This document shows positions 48,781 to 60,159 of a DNA stretch of 64,000 nucleotides, piece after piece. The notes beneath the pieces are model-generated. The model had not been told where the DNA came from and searched no databases. It saw nothing but the letters and a program-made list of their open reading frames with translations. Position numbers and translations under genes: made by a program. The stretch's first letter is position 1. Every line of letters starts with the position of its first letter. Source of the DNA: Chitinophagales bacterium (lineage in GTDB: Bacteria > Bacteroidota > Bacteroidia > Chitinophagales > UBA10324); the NCBI GenBank assembly GCA_013816805.1, contig JACDDS010000003.1, forward strand, positions 72,582 to 136,581. The letters are read 5' to 3'.

Positions 48781-50055
48781 ATGGATGCAACCATGCTGCT
48801 TTCCCTTTTAAAAGATCCATCGGTGCTTAAAAGTACAGATGTAAAGGCTTTGGAAGAGCTGGTAATCCAATTTCCCTATTTTCAAACTGCGCACTTACTG
48901 CTGCTTAAAAAATATCAAATTGAAAATCATCCGGATTTTGAAAAACAGCTGAATATAACTGCTTTATATGCTGTTGACAGATCAAAATTATTTGATTGGG
49001 TACAAAAAAACGTCGACATTTCCGATGCGCCATACAGTGACCTTTTTTTAGAAAATGAACTGTTTTTACTCAATGAATCCGGAACAGTTGTAGAACTAAG
49101 CCCTGGGTTTATTCCGGATGATGAAAAGGAAGAATTGGTGGAAGAAAACGATCCCGAAATACAATCTGTTAGTACTATAGAAGAAGAATTCATCTTAAGG
49201 TATGCAGACCCGGATTTGAAGGAAAAGCAGGCAGATAAATCTTTTAATATGGAATCTGCTGCGCAACTAAAAGATGAAAACTATCCTGATAGGAATGAAG
49301 CGTTTCAAAAAACGACTTCATCTAAAATATCGGAAGATAAATGGAGCAGGGAAGAAGTGCAGGACTTAAAAGAAGATTTATTGATTACCAGTCAGAACGG
49401 AAGTGCCTCAGAGTTTTTTCCTATGGAAATAGAGGAGCAAAATTTAGTTGAAGATATTACTGAAATTAACCGGGAGTCAGATGCGGTTATAAGGCTTGAA
49501 TCAGTAACCACGGAAGTGCCTGATAAAGCGAAAAATATCACTTTAGGTAAAGTTGAAGAAGGCTTCAGAATTAATAAGCAGGTACAATCTCCGGGACAAT
49601 TTCTTCCTCAAAAATCATATACATTTCAGGAATGGTTAACATTTTTTAGGCATGAGGATTATAAAGGAACTAATAAAAATATTCCTCAAGTAAAAGGTGG
49701 GAGTGAAGAAAAAGAGATTACCATCACGCCGTTACACACACTTGGTAAACCGGATAAATTATATTTAGGTGGCATTCAGTCTGAACTGGAGACAATAGAT
49801 AAAATAGTTTCTGTACTTAAGCCTCATGAAGCTTTAAAATCTGAAAAAAAGCTTTCTCCGGAAGATCTCGCGCAAAAGAGCCTGGAGCTTGATGAAGAAA
49901 TGATTAGCGAAACGCTTGCTGAAATTTATGGCAAGCAAGGTAAATATGATAAAGCTATCCGTATGTATGCACGCCTGAGTTTGAAATTTCCTGAAAAATT
50001 ATCGTTCTTTGCAGCCCGCATCAAAGAATTGAAGCGCAACCAGCAATCTGGTTAG
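48781..50055 (+). CDS. Hypothetical acidic protein with a C-terminal TPR-like motif
   Basis: 424 aa. The long central region is Glu/Asp/Ser-rich. The C-terminus LAEIYGKQGKYDKAIRMYARLSLKFPEK resembles a single TPR. Confidence 0.6.
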   Translation: MDATMLLSLLKDPSVLKSTDVKALEELVIQFPYFQTAHLLLLKKYQIENHPDFEKQLNITALYAVDRSKLFDWVQKNVDISDAPYSDLFLENELFLLNESGTVVELSPGFIPDDEKEELVEENDPEIQSVSTIEEEFILRYADPDLKEKQADKSFNMESAAQLKDENYPDRNEAFQKTTSSKISEDKWSREEVQDLKEDLLITSQNGSASEFFPMEIEEQNLVEDITEINRESDAVIRLESVTTEVPDKAKNITLGKVEEGFRINKQVQSPGQFLPQKSYTFQEWLTFFRHEDYKGTNKNIPQVKGGSEEKEITITPLHTLGKPDKLYLGGIQSELETIDKIVSVLKPHEALKSEKKLSPEDLAQKSLELDEEMISETLAEIYGKQGKYDKAIRMYARLSLKFPEKLSFFAARIKELKRNQQSG

Positions 50056-50119
50056 TACAGAAAGCTGCGGGTCAACAATGATTGCTTCAAATGCTATTGA
50101 TGAAATTTAAAAAATCAAC

Positions 50120-50467
50120 ATGTATTCCCTTATCACTATTCTTATTGTAATTGCCTGTGTTTTACTCATTTTAGTTGTTTTAATTCAGAATCCAAAAGGG
50201 GGGGGGCTTTCTCAGACATTTGGAGGTATATCCAATCAATTTCTAGGGGTAAAACGAACAACAGATTTTCTGGAAAAAGCAACCTGGGGTTTTGTTATAG
50301 GTATATCGCTTCTTAGTTTGATAACTTTTGCTTTTGTGGGAAGTGGCCCTGTAGTTAACACAGGTCCTAAATCAGAACTGGAGAATGCAACCCCCGCCCC
50401 ACCTCCTATAAAAAATCTACCTTCAGCGCCTGCAACGCAGTCGCCTCTTGATTCTACGAGAAAATAA
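50120..50467 (+). CDS. secG: Preprotein translocase subunit SecG
   Basis: 115 aa. TM1 followed by the conserved NPKGGGLS loop, a second TM, and a Pro/Ala-rich tail. Confidence 0.85.
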   Translation: MYSLITILIVIACVLLILVVLIQNPKGGGLSQTFGGISNQFLGVKRTTDFLEKATWGFVIGISLLSLITFAFVGSGPVVNTGPKSELENATPAPPPIKNLPSAPATQSPLDSTRK

Positions 50468-50482
50468 TTCTACAGGAATTTT

Positions 50483-51202
50483 TTATGCTGCTATTGTATA
50501 GATATACCGTACGAGAGATCTTTTAGCAACAGGCAAAAGAGTTTCATTTAAAGGATAAACATTTTTCGATTCAATTACAAAAGCTGCAGGGTTTGTCGAA
50601 TTTTTAAATTCACGGATCAATTGAAACTTTATCGATTCGAAGGTATTGCTGATGCTGCGTGAATAGTGACCGATAAACTGGGTTTTAATTCCCCTGAATT
50701 TCTCAGTTACATTTTCAAATAGGGTAATTTCATAGCTATAAACCTGTGTGTCACTTGATTTCGATTGTGTCAGCATCATATAACCATTTTCCGGGTTAAG
50801 TGAAACAATACCTACCGGAAAAATCATGAGGTTTTCTTCTACAGACTGATAAATTTCCTTACCGTTTTCAAGAAAGTGATGAATTCGGGGCACTGCAAAA
50901 TCAATTATAGATTCTACCTCCTTTAAATAATCTTCATCAGCAATCAGCTTTTCAAATTCAATTTTAAAATTTTCTAAATCCATTTTGGTAATGTGCTTTG
51001 GAAAAAGCTGCGAAGTATATGTTTTATTTTTTTTTATGGTAACCAGGTTATTATAGTGCAATACCAGGTCTGATAGTACCGGGTATAATTTTTTTTCATC
51101 GAAGTCACGACTTACTTCCTGTAAATATGCCAGCAAAATATACTTCTTATATTCAAAATCAATCGTTCCCTGAGTAAGCCAGTCGGAACTTAGTTTTTTC
51201 AT
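50483..51202 (-). CDS. Hypothetical conserved protein
   Basis: 239 aa uninterrupted ORF with no signal peptide and no recognisable motif. Confidence 0.55.
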   Translation of the reverse strand: MKKLSSDWLTQGTIDFEYKKYILLAYLQEVSRDFDEKKLYPVLSDLVLHYNNLVTIKKNKTYTSQLFPKHITKMDLENFKIEFEKLIADEDYLKEVESIIDFAVPRIHHFLENGKEIYQSVEENLMIFPVGIVSLNPENGYMMLTQSKSSDTQVYSYEITLFENVTEKFRGIKTQFIGHYSRSISNTFESIKFQLIREFKNSTNPAAFVIESKNVYPLNETLLPVAKRSLVRYIYTIAA

Positions 51203-51510
51203 TTTCGCAGAATTATTTCACTACTATGTTACAAAAATTTTAAGAAATGGTAACCTGTCAGAATATGCTTAATAGTTGAAACATTCCTATATCGGAAAAT
51301 AATAGTATTTCTCTATGGCCTCTTCTTATCAGATTAATGGTTTATATAAAGTCCTCCCCTAACAACTTGCTAAATGTTATTTGTTGGTATGTAATGACTG
51401 TTAAGAAGAGGTTATCCCAAAATGTCAATTATTAAAAAGTATCTGAATAATGAAATACTGTCATAATGGTTACCTTTGCCGCCCGAAACATTTTCTTTAT
51501 ATGCCTAATC

Positions 51511-51537
51511 TGTCATGAAAATGCACGTGGCATGACA
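51511..51537 (+). repeat. Inverted repeat TGTCATG-N13-CATGACA about 60 nt upstream of the groES ATG
   Basis: Read directly: tgtcatg aaaatgcacgtgg catgaca. The spacer contains the CACGTG palindrome. Function unknown; an operator or a 5'-UTR hairpin are both possible. Confidence 0.3.
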
Positions 51538-51597
51538 ATCGCAATGGGCAAGAGTCTTCAGAAAAGCGATTTATAACCTAAAATCAAAAAATAAATT

Positions 51598-53584
<1,987 letters not shown>

Positions 53585-53607
53585 ATACAGTATGAATTAA
53601 CAGTATT

Positions 53608-53641
53608 CAACCCTTCCCCAACCGGGAAGGGTTGTTTATTT
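53608..53641 (+). terminator. Intrinsic terminator after groEL
   Basis: caacccttccc-caacc-gggaagggttg forms an 11-bp GC-rich stem. It is followed by tttattt. Confidence 0.85.
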
Positions 53642-53688
53642 ATTGATTCTTTGGTAAACAAGCTCTTACTTTATTCGTCCTGATTAGC

Positions 53689-54030
53689 ATGAACCTGCTT
53701 GCCAAAATTTTAGTCACGGGGCTATCCGTAATTATTACCTCGTATCTTCTTCCGGGAGTATCCGTTGATGGAATGATATCGGCTATTGCAGTAGCTGCGG
53801 TGCTTATGCTAATTAATACCGTTGTAAAACCTGTTATGGTAATTCTTACCCTTCCGGTAACTATTATTACCATGGGTTTATTTTTGCTTATTATAAATGC
53901 CTTATGCATCTTGCTTGCAAGCAGGATGATTGCTGGCTTCAGAGTAGACGGTTTTTGGTGGGCGCTTATATTTTCGCTGATTCTTTCCTTGATTAATTCT
54001 ATTTTAGAGTCTTTCGCGAAAAGAGATTAA
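53689..54030 (+). CDS. Small four-TM membrane protein, Phage_holin_4_2 / YvlD-like family
   Basis: 113 aa. LLAKILVTGLSVIITSYLLPGVSVDG...NTVVKPVMVILTLPVTIITMGLFLLIINAL is typical of the family. Confidence 0.7.
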   Translation: MNLLAKILVTGLSVIITSYLLPGVSVDGMISAIAVAAVLMLINTVVKPVMVILTLPVTIITMGLFLLIINALCILLASRMIAGFRVDGFWWALIFSLILSLINSILESFAKRD

Positions 54031-54092
54031 ACTGTCTTTTTTTATTCCTGGTAAATTATTTTCTTCGGAAGAAATATCTTTGTAATTCACTG

Positions 54093-55841
54093 ATGGAAAA
54101 TTTTATTGTATCTGCGAGGAAATACCGCCCTTCACGATTTGAAGATGTAATAGGCCAACCCCAGGTTACCAATACCCTGAAGAATGCTTTGCGAACTAAT
54201 CAACTGGCCCAGGCTTTTTTATTCTGTGGCCCCCGGGGCGTGGGTAAAACTACCTGTGCAAGAATCCTGGCCAAAGCAGTAAACTGCGAAAATTTAACCA
54301 TAGATTTTGAGCCGTGTAATGAATGTGCGGCATGTGAAGCATTCAATAATAATCAGTCTTTTAACATTCATGAATTAGACGCAGCTTCCAATAATTCAGT
54401 AGAAGATATTCGTTCTTTAATAGACCAGATCCGGTTTGCTCCTCAAACGGGTAAGAAAAAAATCTATATTATTGATGAGGTGCACATGCTTTCCTCTTCG
54501 GCATTTAATGCTTTTTTAAAGACCCTGGAAGAACCACCTTCGTATGCAATTTTTATTTTAGCCACCACGGAGAAACATAAAATTATTCCAACGATTCTTT
54601 CACGCTGCCAGATTTTCGATTTTAACCGTATCCAGACAGATGATATTGTAACGCACCTTTCAATCGTTGCTAAAAAAGAAAATATTAAAGCGGAAAAAGA
54701 TGCTTTGCATTTGATTGCGCGGAAAGCCGAAGGTGCATTACGGGATGCCCTTTCAATGTTTGACCGTATCAGCATTTTTGCCAATGGCCAGATTCAGTAT
54801 AGTGAAGTAATTGAAAACCTTAATATCCTGGACTACGATTATTTCTTCCGTATTACAGATTTCTTTCTTTCAGAAGATTCATCTTCCGCCTTGCTAACCT
54901 TTAACCAGATTCTTCAAAAAGGTTTTGATGGTGAGAATTTTCTAACCGGGCTGGCTGACCATTTCCGTAATCTCTTAGTAGCTAAGGACTCGAATACCAT
55001 TGAGCTGATGGATTTTTCTGAAAATATTAGGCAAAGGTATTTACAACAAGCCGGCTATACTTCTATGGGATTTTTACTTTCCGGACTGAGCATTATTACG
55101 GAACAGGAAATCCAGTATCGTACAAGTAAAAACCGAAGGCTGTGTGTGGAAATGGCAATTTTGAAATTATGTTTTTTACCTAGTGCAATTCAGCTCTCAA
55201 AGGACCGGTCCGTAGAAGTAAAAAAAAAGTCTCAACCTGATATAGAAAAGCCAAAGCCGGAAATGGTCACAAATCAGCAGGTAAACGAATTTCCTGTTCA
55301 AAACCAACAGCTTCCTAAAAACGAAGTGCCAATACCGCGGGAAGTTTTAAAACAACAGAATGGTAATTCAATAAAGCTTTCGTCTCTCAGTGATTTGAAA
55401 AAAGAGATTCAAAAAAATGAAAGCGAGGAGAAAGACATACCGCAGGTAGAAATTGTATATGAAGAAATAGATCATTATGCTTTTCAACAGGTTTGGAAAA
55501 GTTATCTTCAAAAATTAGACGGAGATAAAAAGATTCCGGTTGTAAAAATTTTAGAAACCTTTCCCCCTGAAATCAAAGAAAAGAAAACCATACTGATTGC
55601 TGTGGGTAACACTACGTTCTACAACCATCTTAATTCCGAACGTGAGGAAATGAGTTATTTTTTAAAAAAGGAATTGGGAAAGAAATCCATTGACCTTATA
55701 ATCCGGGTTGATAAAACTAAATCGAAAGCCGAAACGAATTGGAAGCCTTATCAGGCAATTGATAAGTTTAATCATATGGTTAAAAAAAATCCAAAATTAA
55801 AGGACTTTAAAGACCGGTTAAAGCTGGATTTAGACTTTTAG
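54093..55841 (+). CDS. dnaX: DNA polymerase III subunits gamma/tau
   Basis: 582 aa. Walker A GPRGVGKTT, zinc module CENLTIDFEPCNECAACEAF, SRC motif ILSRCQ, then a low-complexity linker and a C-terminal tau-specific region. Confidence 0.93.
   Translation: MENFIVSARKYRPSRFEDVIGQPQVTNTLKNALRTNQLAQAFLFCGPRGVGKTTCARILAKAVNCENLTIDFEPCNECAACEAFNNNQSFNIHELDAASNNSVEDIRSLIDQIRFAPQTGKKKIYIIDEVHMLSSSAFNAFLKTLEEPPSYAIFILATTEKHKIIPTILSRCQIFDFNRIQTDDIVTHLSIVAKKENIKAEKDALHLIARKAEGALRDALSMFDRISIFANGQIQYSEVIENLNILDYDYFFRITDFFLSEDSSSALLTFNQILQKGFDGENFLTGLADHFRNLLVAKDSNTIELMDFSENIRQRYLQQAGYTSMGFLLSGLSIITEQEIQYRTSKNRRLCVEMAILKLCFLPSAIQLSKDRSVEVKKKSQPDIEKPKPEMVTNQQVNEFPVQNQQLPKNEVPIPREVLKQQNGNSIKLSSLSDLKKEIQKNESEEKDIPQVEIVYEEIDHYAFQQVWKSYLQKLDGDKKIPVVKILETFPPEIKEKKTILIAVGNTTFYNHLNSEREEMSYFLKKELGKKSIDLIIRVDKTKSKAETNWKPYQAIDKFNHMVKKNPKLKDFKDRLKLDLDF
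55220..55229 (+). other. Candidate recoding/slippage site inside dnaX: an A9 run containing in-phase A_AAA_AAG
   Basis: gtA AAA AAA AAG tct encodes V376 K377 K378 K379. The -1 frame reads GTC TCA ACC TGA (stop 55238-55240). The +1 frame reads CTC AAC CTG ATA TAG (stop 55243-55245). Confidence 0.5.
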
Positions 55842-55889
55842 GCTTTATTGATAAATAGAGATAAATTTATCGTACAAAAACAATTATAG

Positions 55890-57227
55890 ATGGCCGAAGT
55901 AATTCGCATGCCTAAGATGAGCGACACCATGACAGAAGGGGTGATTGTTTCCTGGCATAAAAAAACAGGGGATAAGGTGAAGTCCGGTGATCTGCTCGCA
56001 GAAATCGAAACAGATAAAGCAGTTATGGAATTTGAAAGCTACCAGGAAGGAACGTTGCTTTATATAGGTGCTGAGAAAGGAGCCACTATAAAGGTAGATG
56101 ACGTAATAGCTGTTTTAGGAAAGGAGGGAGAAGATTACAAGGCTGCTTTAAATAATGAAAAAAAGCCTGACGAACAAAATGGAAAATTAAGCGAAGAACA
56201 GGCCCCCGAAAAAATGCCTGAGGCGCAAAAATCTGCGCAGGAAACTATAATAGAAAAAGCTCCTGCATCAATACCACCTTCCACCTCTAACAAGGAAATT
56301 TCAAGTAACAATAACCAGCAACAGCCAAAGGAACCTGAAGTAATAAATTCCGATGCTGTAAATGGTGAACGAATAAAGGCATCTCCGCTCGCAAAAAAAA
56401 TTGCAGGTGATGAGGGCATTTCGCTTGAGAAATTAAAAGGCAGTGGCGACGAAGGACGGATCATTAAGCGCGATATTGAAAAGTATCTATCGCAGGCTGC
56501 TGGCGGGAAGCAACCTCAGGAAACTTCGTTAAATGCAGATGTTGAGAGCTATGAGGAAGTTCCGCTTTCTCAAATGAGAAAAACTATTGCACGGCGTCTT
56601 GTGGAAAGCAAATTCAGTGCACCGCATTTTTACCTGACAACAGAAATAAACATGGACCGCTGTACAGAATCGCGCGCCGCCTTAAATGCAGTAAATCCTG
56701 AAAAGAAAATTTCTTTCAATGATATTATCATAAAAGCAGTTGCTCTTGCTTTGAAAAAACACCCACAGGTAAATTCGAGTTGGTTGGGGGATAGAATCCG
56801 GTACAATCATCATGTAAATATTGGGATGGCAGTGGCTGTTGAAGAAGGCTTGCTGGTTCCGGTTATAAAGTTTGCAGATCTGAAACTGTTATCTCAAATC
56901 AGCGAAGAAGCCAAAGCTTTTGCCGCCCGGGCAAAAGAAAAAAAATTGCAACCGGAGGAAATGCAGGGCAATACATTTACCATTTCTAATCTGGGCATGA
57001 TGGATATTGACAACTTCACAGCAATCATTAATCCGCCGGATGCATGCATTCTTGCCATTGGAAAAATTAAGAAAGTTCCGGCTGTATTAAATGACCAGGT
57101 TAAAATAGTAAACATGCTTAAAGTTACTATGTCATGCGATCACCGTGTAGTAGATGGTGCGAGGGGTGCACGTTTTCTTGAGACAGTAAAATCATTCCTG
57201 GAAAATCCTCTGAGTATGTTATATTGA
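55890..57227 (+). CDS. Dihydrolipoamide acyltransferase (E2) of a 2-oxoacid (probably pyruvate) dehydrogenase complex
   Basis: 445 aa. Single lipoyl domain (EIETDKAVMEFES), a long linker, the E1/E3-binding domain (ASPLAKKIAGDEGISLEKLKGSG..GRI), and a catalytic domain with DHRVVDG. Confidence 0.9.
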   Translation: MAEVIRMPKMSDTMTEGVIVSWHKKTGDKVKSGDLLAEIETDKAVMEFESYQEGTLLYIGAEKGATIKVDDVIAVLGKEGEDYKAALNNEKKPDEQNGKLSEEQAPEKMPEAQKSAQETIIEKAPASIPPSTSNKEISSNNNQQQPKEPEVINSDAVNGERIKASPLAKKIAGDEGISLEKLKGSGDEGRIIKRDIEKYLSQAAGGKQPQETSLNADVESYEEVPLSQMRKTIARRLVESKFSAPHFYLTTEINMDRCTESRAALNAVNPEKKISFNDIIIKAVALALKKHPQVNSSWLGDRIRYNHHVNIGMAVAVEEGLLVPVIKFADLKLLSQISEEAKAFAARAKEKKLQPEEMQGNTFTISNLGMMDIDNFTAIINPPDACILAIGKIKKVPAVLNDQVKIVNMLKVTMSCDHRVVDGARGARFLETVKSFLENPLSMLY

Positions 57228-57271
57228 GCTATGGTAATTGACTTATCTTTTCAGAATGTAGTTTAGTTCTA

Positions 57272-57637
57272 ATGGAATCAAAAGCTACGGTTGTTTTAGG
57301 TGCCTCTGCAAACCCTTCCCGATATTCTTTTCTGGCAGTAAATCGCCTTTTAAAGCATGGCCATAAGGTAATTCCCATCGGTATCAGAGAGGGGAATATT
57401 TCGGGAATTTCAATTCTTATTAATACCCCGGATCTGAAAGATATTGATACTATTACTTTATACCTGAACCCGCAACGTCAAAAACAGTATTATGACTATA
57501 TTCTTTCGCTAAAGCCGAAAAGAATAATTTTTAACCCGGGTACAGAAAATGATGAGCTGATATCGTTAGCAGAAAGCCACGGAATTAAACCTATTGAAGG
57601 CTGTACTTTGGTGATGTTGGCTACAGGTGAATTTTAA
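57272..57637 (+). CDS. CoA-binding domain protein (YccU/YneT-like)
   Basis: 121 aa. VVLGASANPSRYS...V.PIG pattern of the small CoA-binding Rossmann family. Confidence 0.75.
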   Translation: MESKATVVLGASANPSRYSFLAVNRLLKHGHKVIPIGIREGNISGISILINTPDLKDIDTITLYLNPQRQKQYYDYILSLKPKRIIFNPGTENDELISLAESHGIKPIEGCTLVMLATGEF

Positions 57638-57655
57638 TAAGTACTGTTAAATGTA

Positions 57656-58078
57656 TTATTGAAAGCGCTCTAATTCTGAAAAGAAAAAGTTTCCTTCAAT
57701 GATTGCATTTTCATCGGAATCTGACCCATGCACCGCGTTCCGCTCTACCGATTCAGCATATTTTCTTCTTATAGTTCCTGCTGAAGCATTCGCAGGATTC
57801 GTAGCCCCAATCAATATCCTGAAGTCTTCAACCGCATTTTCCTTTTCCAGTATGGCAGCTACAACCGTTCCGGAAATCATGAACTTAATCAGGTCTTTAT
57901 AAAATGGCCTCTCATAATGAACAGCATAAAACTTTTCTGCCTGGGTGGTAATAATACGGGTGAACTTTAGAGCAATGATCTTAAATCCGCCATCTGTAAT
58001 TGCCTGAATGATATTACCAATATTATTATTGGCAACTGCATCGGGCTTTATAATGGTAAAAGTTCTGTTTCCTGTCAT
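57656..58078 (-). CDS. ndk: Nucleoside-diphosphate kinase
   Basis: 140 aa. [11 protein letters not shown] and the active-site NAVHGSD. Confidence 0.95.
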   Translation of the reverse strand: MTGNRTFTIIKPDAVANNNIGNIIQAITDGGFKIIALKFTRIITTQAEKFYAVHYERPFYKDLIKFMISGTVVAAILEKENAVEDFRILIGATNPANASAGTIRRKYAESVERNAVHGSDSDENAIIEGNFFFSELERFQ

Positions 58079-58270
58079 AAAAAATATTGTTTGTAAATGT
58101 ATTTCTGGTATTTAATTTACTTCCTTAAACGCCATAAGCTTTAGTAATGCATCTATATTAAATCAGAATTACAGAAGCGGCAAAAGTATATAAACAATGT
58201 TGTTACTTCCCAGTGTTAAATTATTTTTGATAGTGCAGGGAAAAGCTGACCTTCGCCAACCGTTTTTTAA

Positions 58271-59287
58271 ATGACTTCTATCAGCGAATTAAAGGAGCTC
58301 CTTTCTTCTCCCAAAAAAATTGTAATAACGACTCACCAGCGGCCAGATGGCGATGCCATAGGTTCTTCATTGGGGCTATACCATTATTTAAAATTAAAAA
58401 AACATGATGTAACGGTAATCACTCCTAACGATTATCCTGAATTTTTAAAATGGCTTCCGGGTGATGAATATGTGATGAATTATGAGAAGCAAACCTTGCA
58501 GGCCCAGCAATTAGTAACAGAAGCGAATATTATTTTTTGTCTTGATTTCAATAAGCTGTACCGCCTTGAGGAGTTAGGAAAGTTCATTGAACTTTCCGCA
58601 TCAGTTAAGGTACTGATAGATCACCATTTGGATCCGGATGATTTTGCTGAATTTATATTTTCCAATATTAAGGCCTGTTCAACCTGCGAGCTCGTCTATG
58701 CATTTATATTGGAAATGGATGATAAAAGTTTAATTACAAAAGATATAGCGAGCTGCCTTTATACAGGCATCCTGACTGATACGGACCGGTTTAGAATACC
58801 CACCACTTCCGCTTATGTTCACCGTGTTTCGGCGGAATTATTAGAATATGGAATCGACCATACAAAAATTTATGAGGAAGTCTATGAGACTTTTTCGGAA
58901 AACAGATTGCGCTTCTTTGGCTATTGTATTCGTGAAAAACTAAAAATTATTCCGGCATTCAAAACAGGAATTATTTCTTTGGAAACCGCGGATCTGAGAA
59001 AGTTCAATATACAGTCAGGAGATACAGAAGGCCTGGTAAATTACCCTCTTTGGATAAAGGACATTCAGCTTTCTGTACTTATCATTCAACGCCCGGGCGA
59101 GGTGCGGCTGTCTTTCCGCTCTAAAGGAGATTTTTCGGTTAATGATTTAGCAAGAAATAATTTTGAAGGCGGTGGCCACAGAAATGCAGCAGGCGGTAAG
59201 TCACAACTTTCAGTGGCTCAGACCCAGGAAAAATTAATTGCTATCTTAGCGGCCTTTAAAAATGACCTAAACAAGTTATCCGAATGA
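58271..59287 (+). CDS. nrnA: DHH/DHHA1 phosphoesterase, NrnA-like oligoribonuclease/pAp phosphatase
   Basis: 338 aa. HQRPDGDAIGS, DHH (LIDHHL), and the DHHA1 motif GGGHRNAAGG. Confidence 0.85.
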   Translation: MTSISELKELLSSPKKIVITTHQRPDGDAIGSSLGLYHYLKLKKHDVTVITPNDYPEFLKWLPGDEYVMNYEKQTLQAQQLVTEANIIFCLDFNKLYRLEELGKFIELSASVKVLIDHHLDPDDFAEFIFSNIKACSTCELVYAFILEMDDKSLITKDIASCLYTGILTDTDRFRIPTTSAYVHRVSAELLEYGIDHTKIYEEVYETFSENRLRFFGYCIREKLKIIPAFKTGIISLETADLRKFNIQSGDTEGLVNYPLWIKDIQLSVLIIQRPGEVRLSFRSKGDFSVNDLARNNFEGGGHRNAAGGKSQLSVAQTQEKLIAILAAFKNDLNKLSE

Positions 59288-60144
59288 AAAAAGGTAGTGT
59301 TGTTTTAGTACTTTTCTTTTTATCTCTGGTGTTCTTTTTTTATTCCTGCAAGAAAAATGATCAATATCAGCAAAGCCCTAATGGTTTACAATACCGCATT
59401 ATAACGGATGCAAAGAAGCCAAAGGCAAAGCAGGGTGAAATTGCACAATACTCCGCAGTGTGGCGGAATGCTAAAGATTCGATCATTTTAAACACTTCCG
59501 CAAGCAACGCCCCACAGTACGGCGAAGTGTATAAGCCTAAGTTTAAAGGAGATCCTATTGAGTTATTAAACATGATGGGCCCGGGAGATAGCGGATCGTG
59601 CAGGGTTTCGGTAGATACGATGTTTAAGGGATATCCTCTGCCACCATTTTTGAAACACGGAGATATTATTACGCTTGACCTTAAGATGATGAGCCTTATT
59701 TCAAAAGAAGATTATAAAAAAATGGCAGAATCTAAAATGAATGAGGAGTATAATAATGAAATTCAGCAAATACAAGCTTATATAGCTCAAAATAATCTGA
59801 AGGCTACCAGTGACTCTTTAGGTATTTTTTATGTGATTGATGACCCTGGTAAAGGTAAACAGCCAAAAGAAGGGAGTAATGTCACCGTAAACTACACCGG
59901 CAAATTAATGAGCAACGGACAGGAGTTCGATTCCTCCCTAAAACCCGGCAAGCAGCCTTTACAAGTTGTACTAGGAAATCACCAGGTCATTACTGGTTGG
60001 GATTTTGGATTAAGGTATTTTAAAGAAGGAAGTAAAGGCAAGCTTATTCTTCCCTCCCGCCTTGGTTATGGAGAAAGAGGTAATGGAAAAATACCTCCTA
60101 ATTCCATTTTAGTATTCGATATTCAAATGCTCTCTGTTAAATAA
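59284..60144 (+). CDS. FKBP-type peptidyl-prolyl isomerase, probable lipoprotein, with an N-terminal accessory domain
   Basis: 286 aa. Lipobox-like FFFYSC. The C-terminal FKBP domain has VNYTGKLMSNGQEFDSS...VITGWD...LGYGERG...IPPNSILVFDI. The start overlaps the nrnA stop (ATGA). Confidence 0.85.
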   Translation: MKKGSVVLVLFFLSLVFFFYSCKKNDQYQQSPNGLQYRIITDAKKPKAKQGEIAQYSAVWRNAKDSIILNTSASNAPQYGEVYKPKFKGDPIELLNMMGPGDSGSCRVSVDTMFKGYPLPPFLKHGDIITLDLKMMSLISKEDYKKMAESKMNEEYNNEIQQIQAYIAQNNLKATSDSLGIFYVIDDPGKGKQPKEGSNVTVNYTGKLMSNGQEFDSSLKPGKQPLQVVLGNHQVITGWDFGLRYFKEGSKGKLILPSRLGYGERGNGKIPPNSILVFDIQMLSVK

Positions 60145-60159
60145 ATATGACTACTGATC

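Noticed and set aside
50198-50206. G9 homopolymer inside secG as a possible phase-variation tract.
   Set aside because: It encodes the conserved KGGG loop as three in-frame GGG codons of an essential gene, so slippage would be lethal rather than regulatory. It is noted only as unusual codon choice in an AT-rich genome.
51203-51597. Looked for a CIRCE/HrcA operator upstream of groES.
   Set aside because: There is no match to TTAGCACTC-N9-GAGTGCTAA on either strand. Only the unrelated inverted repeats reported above are present.
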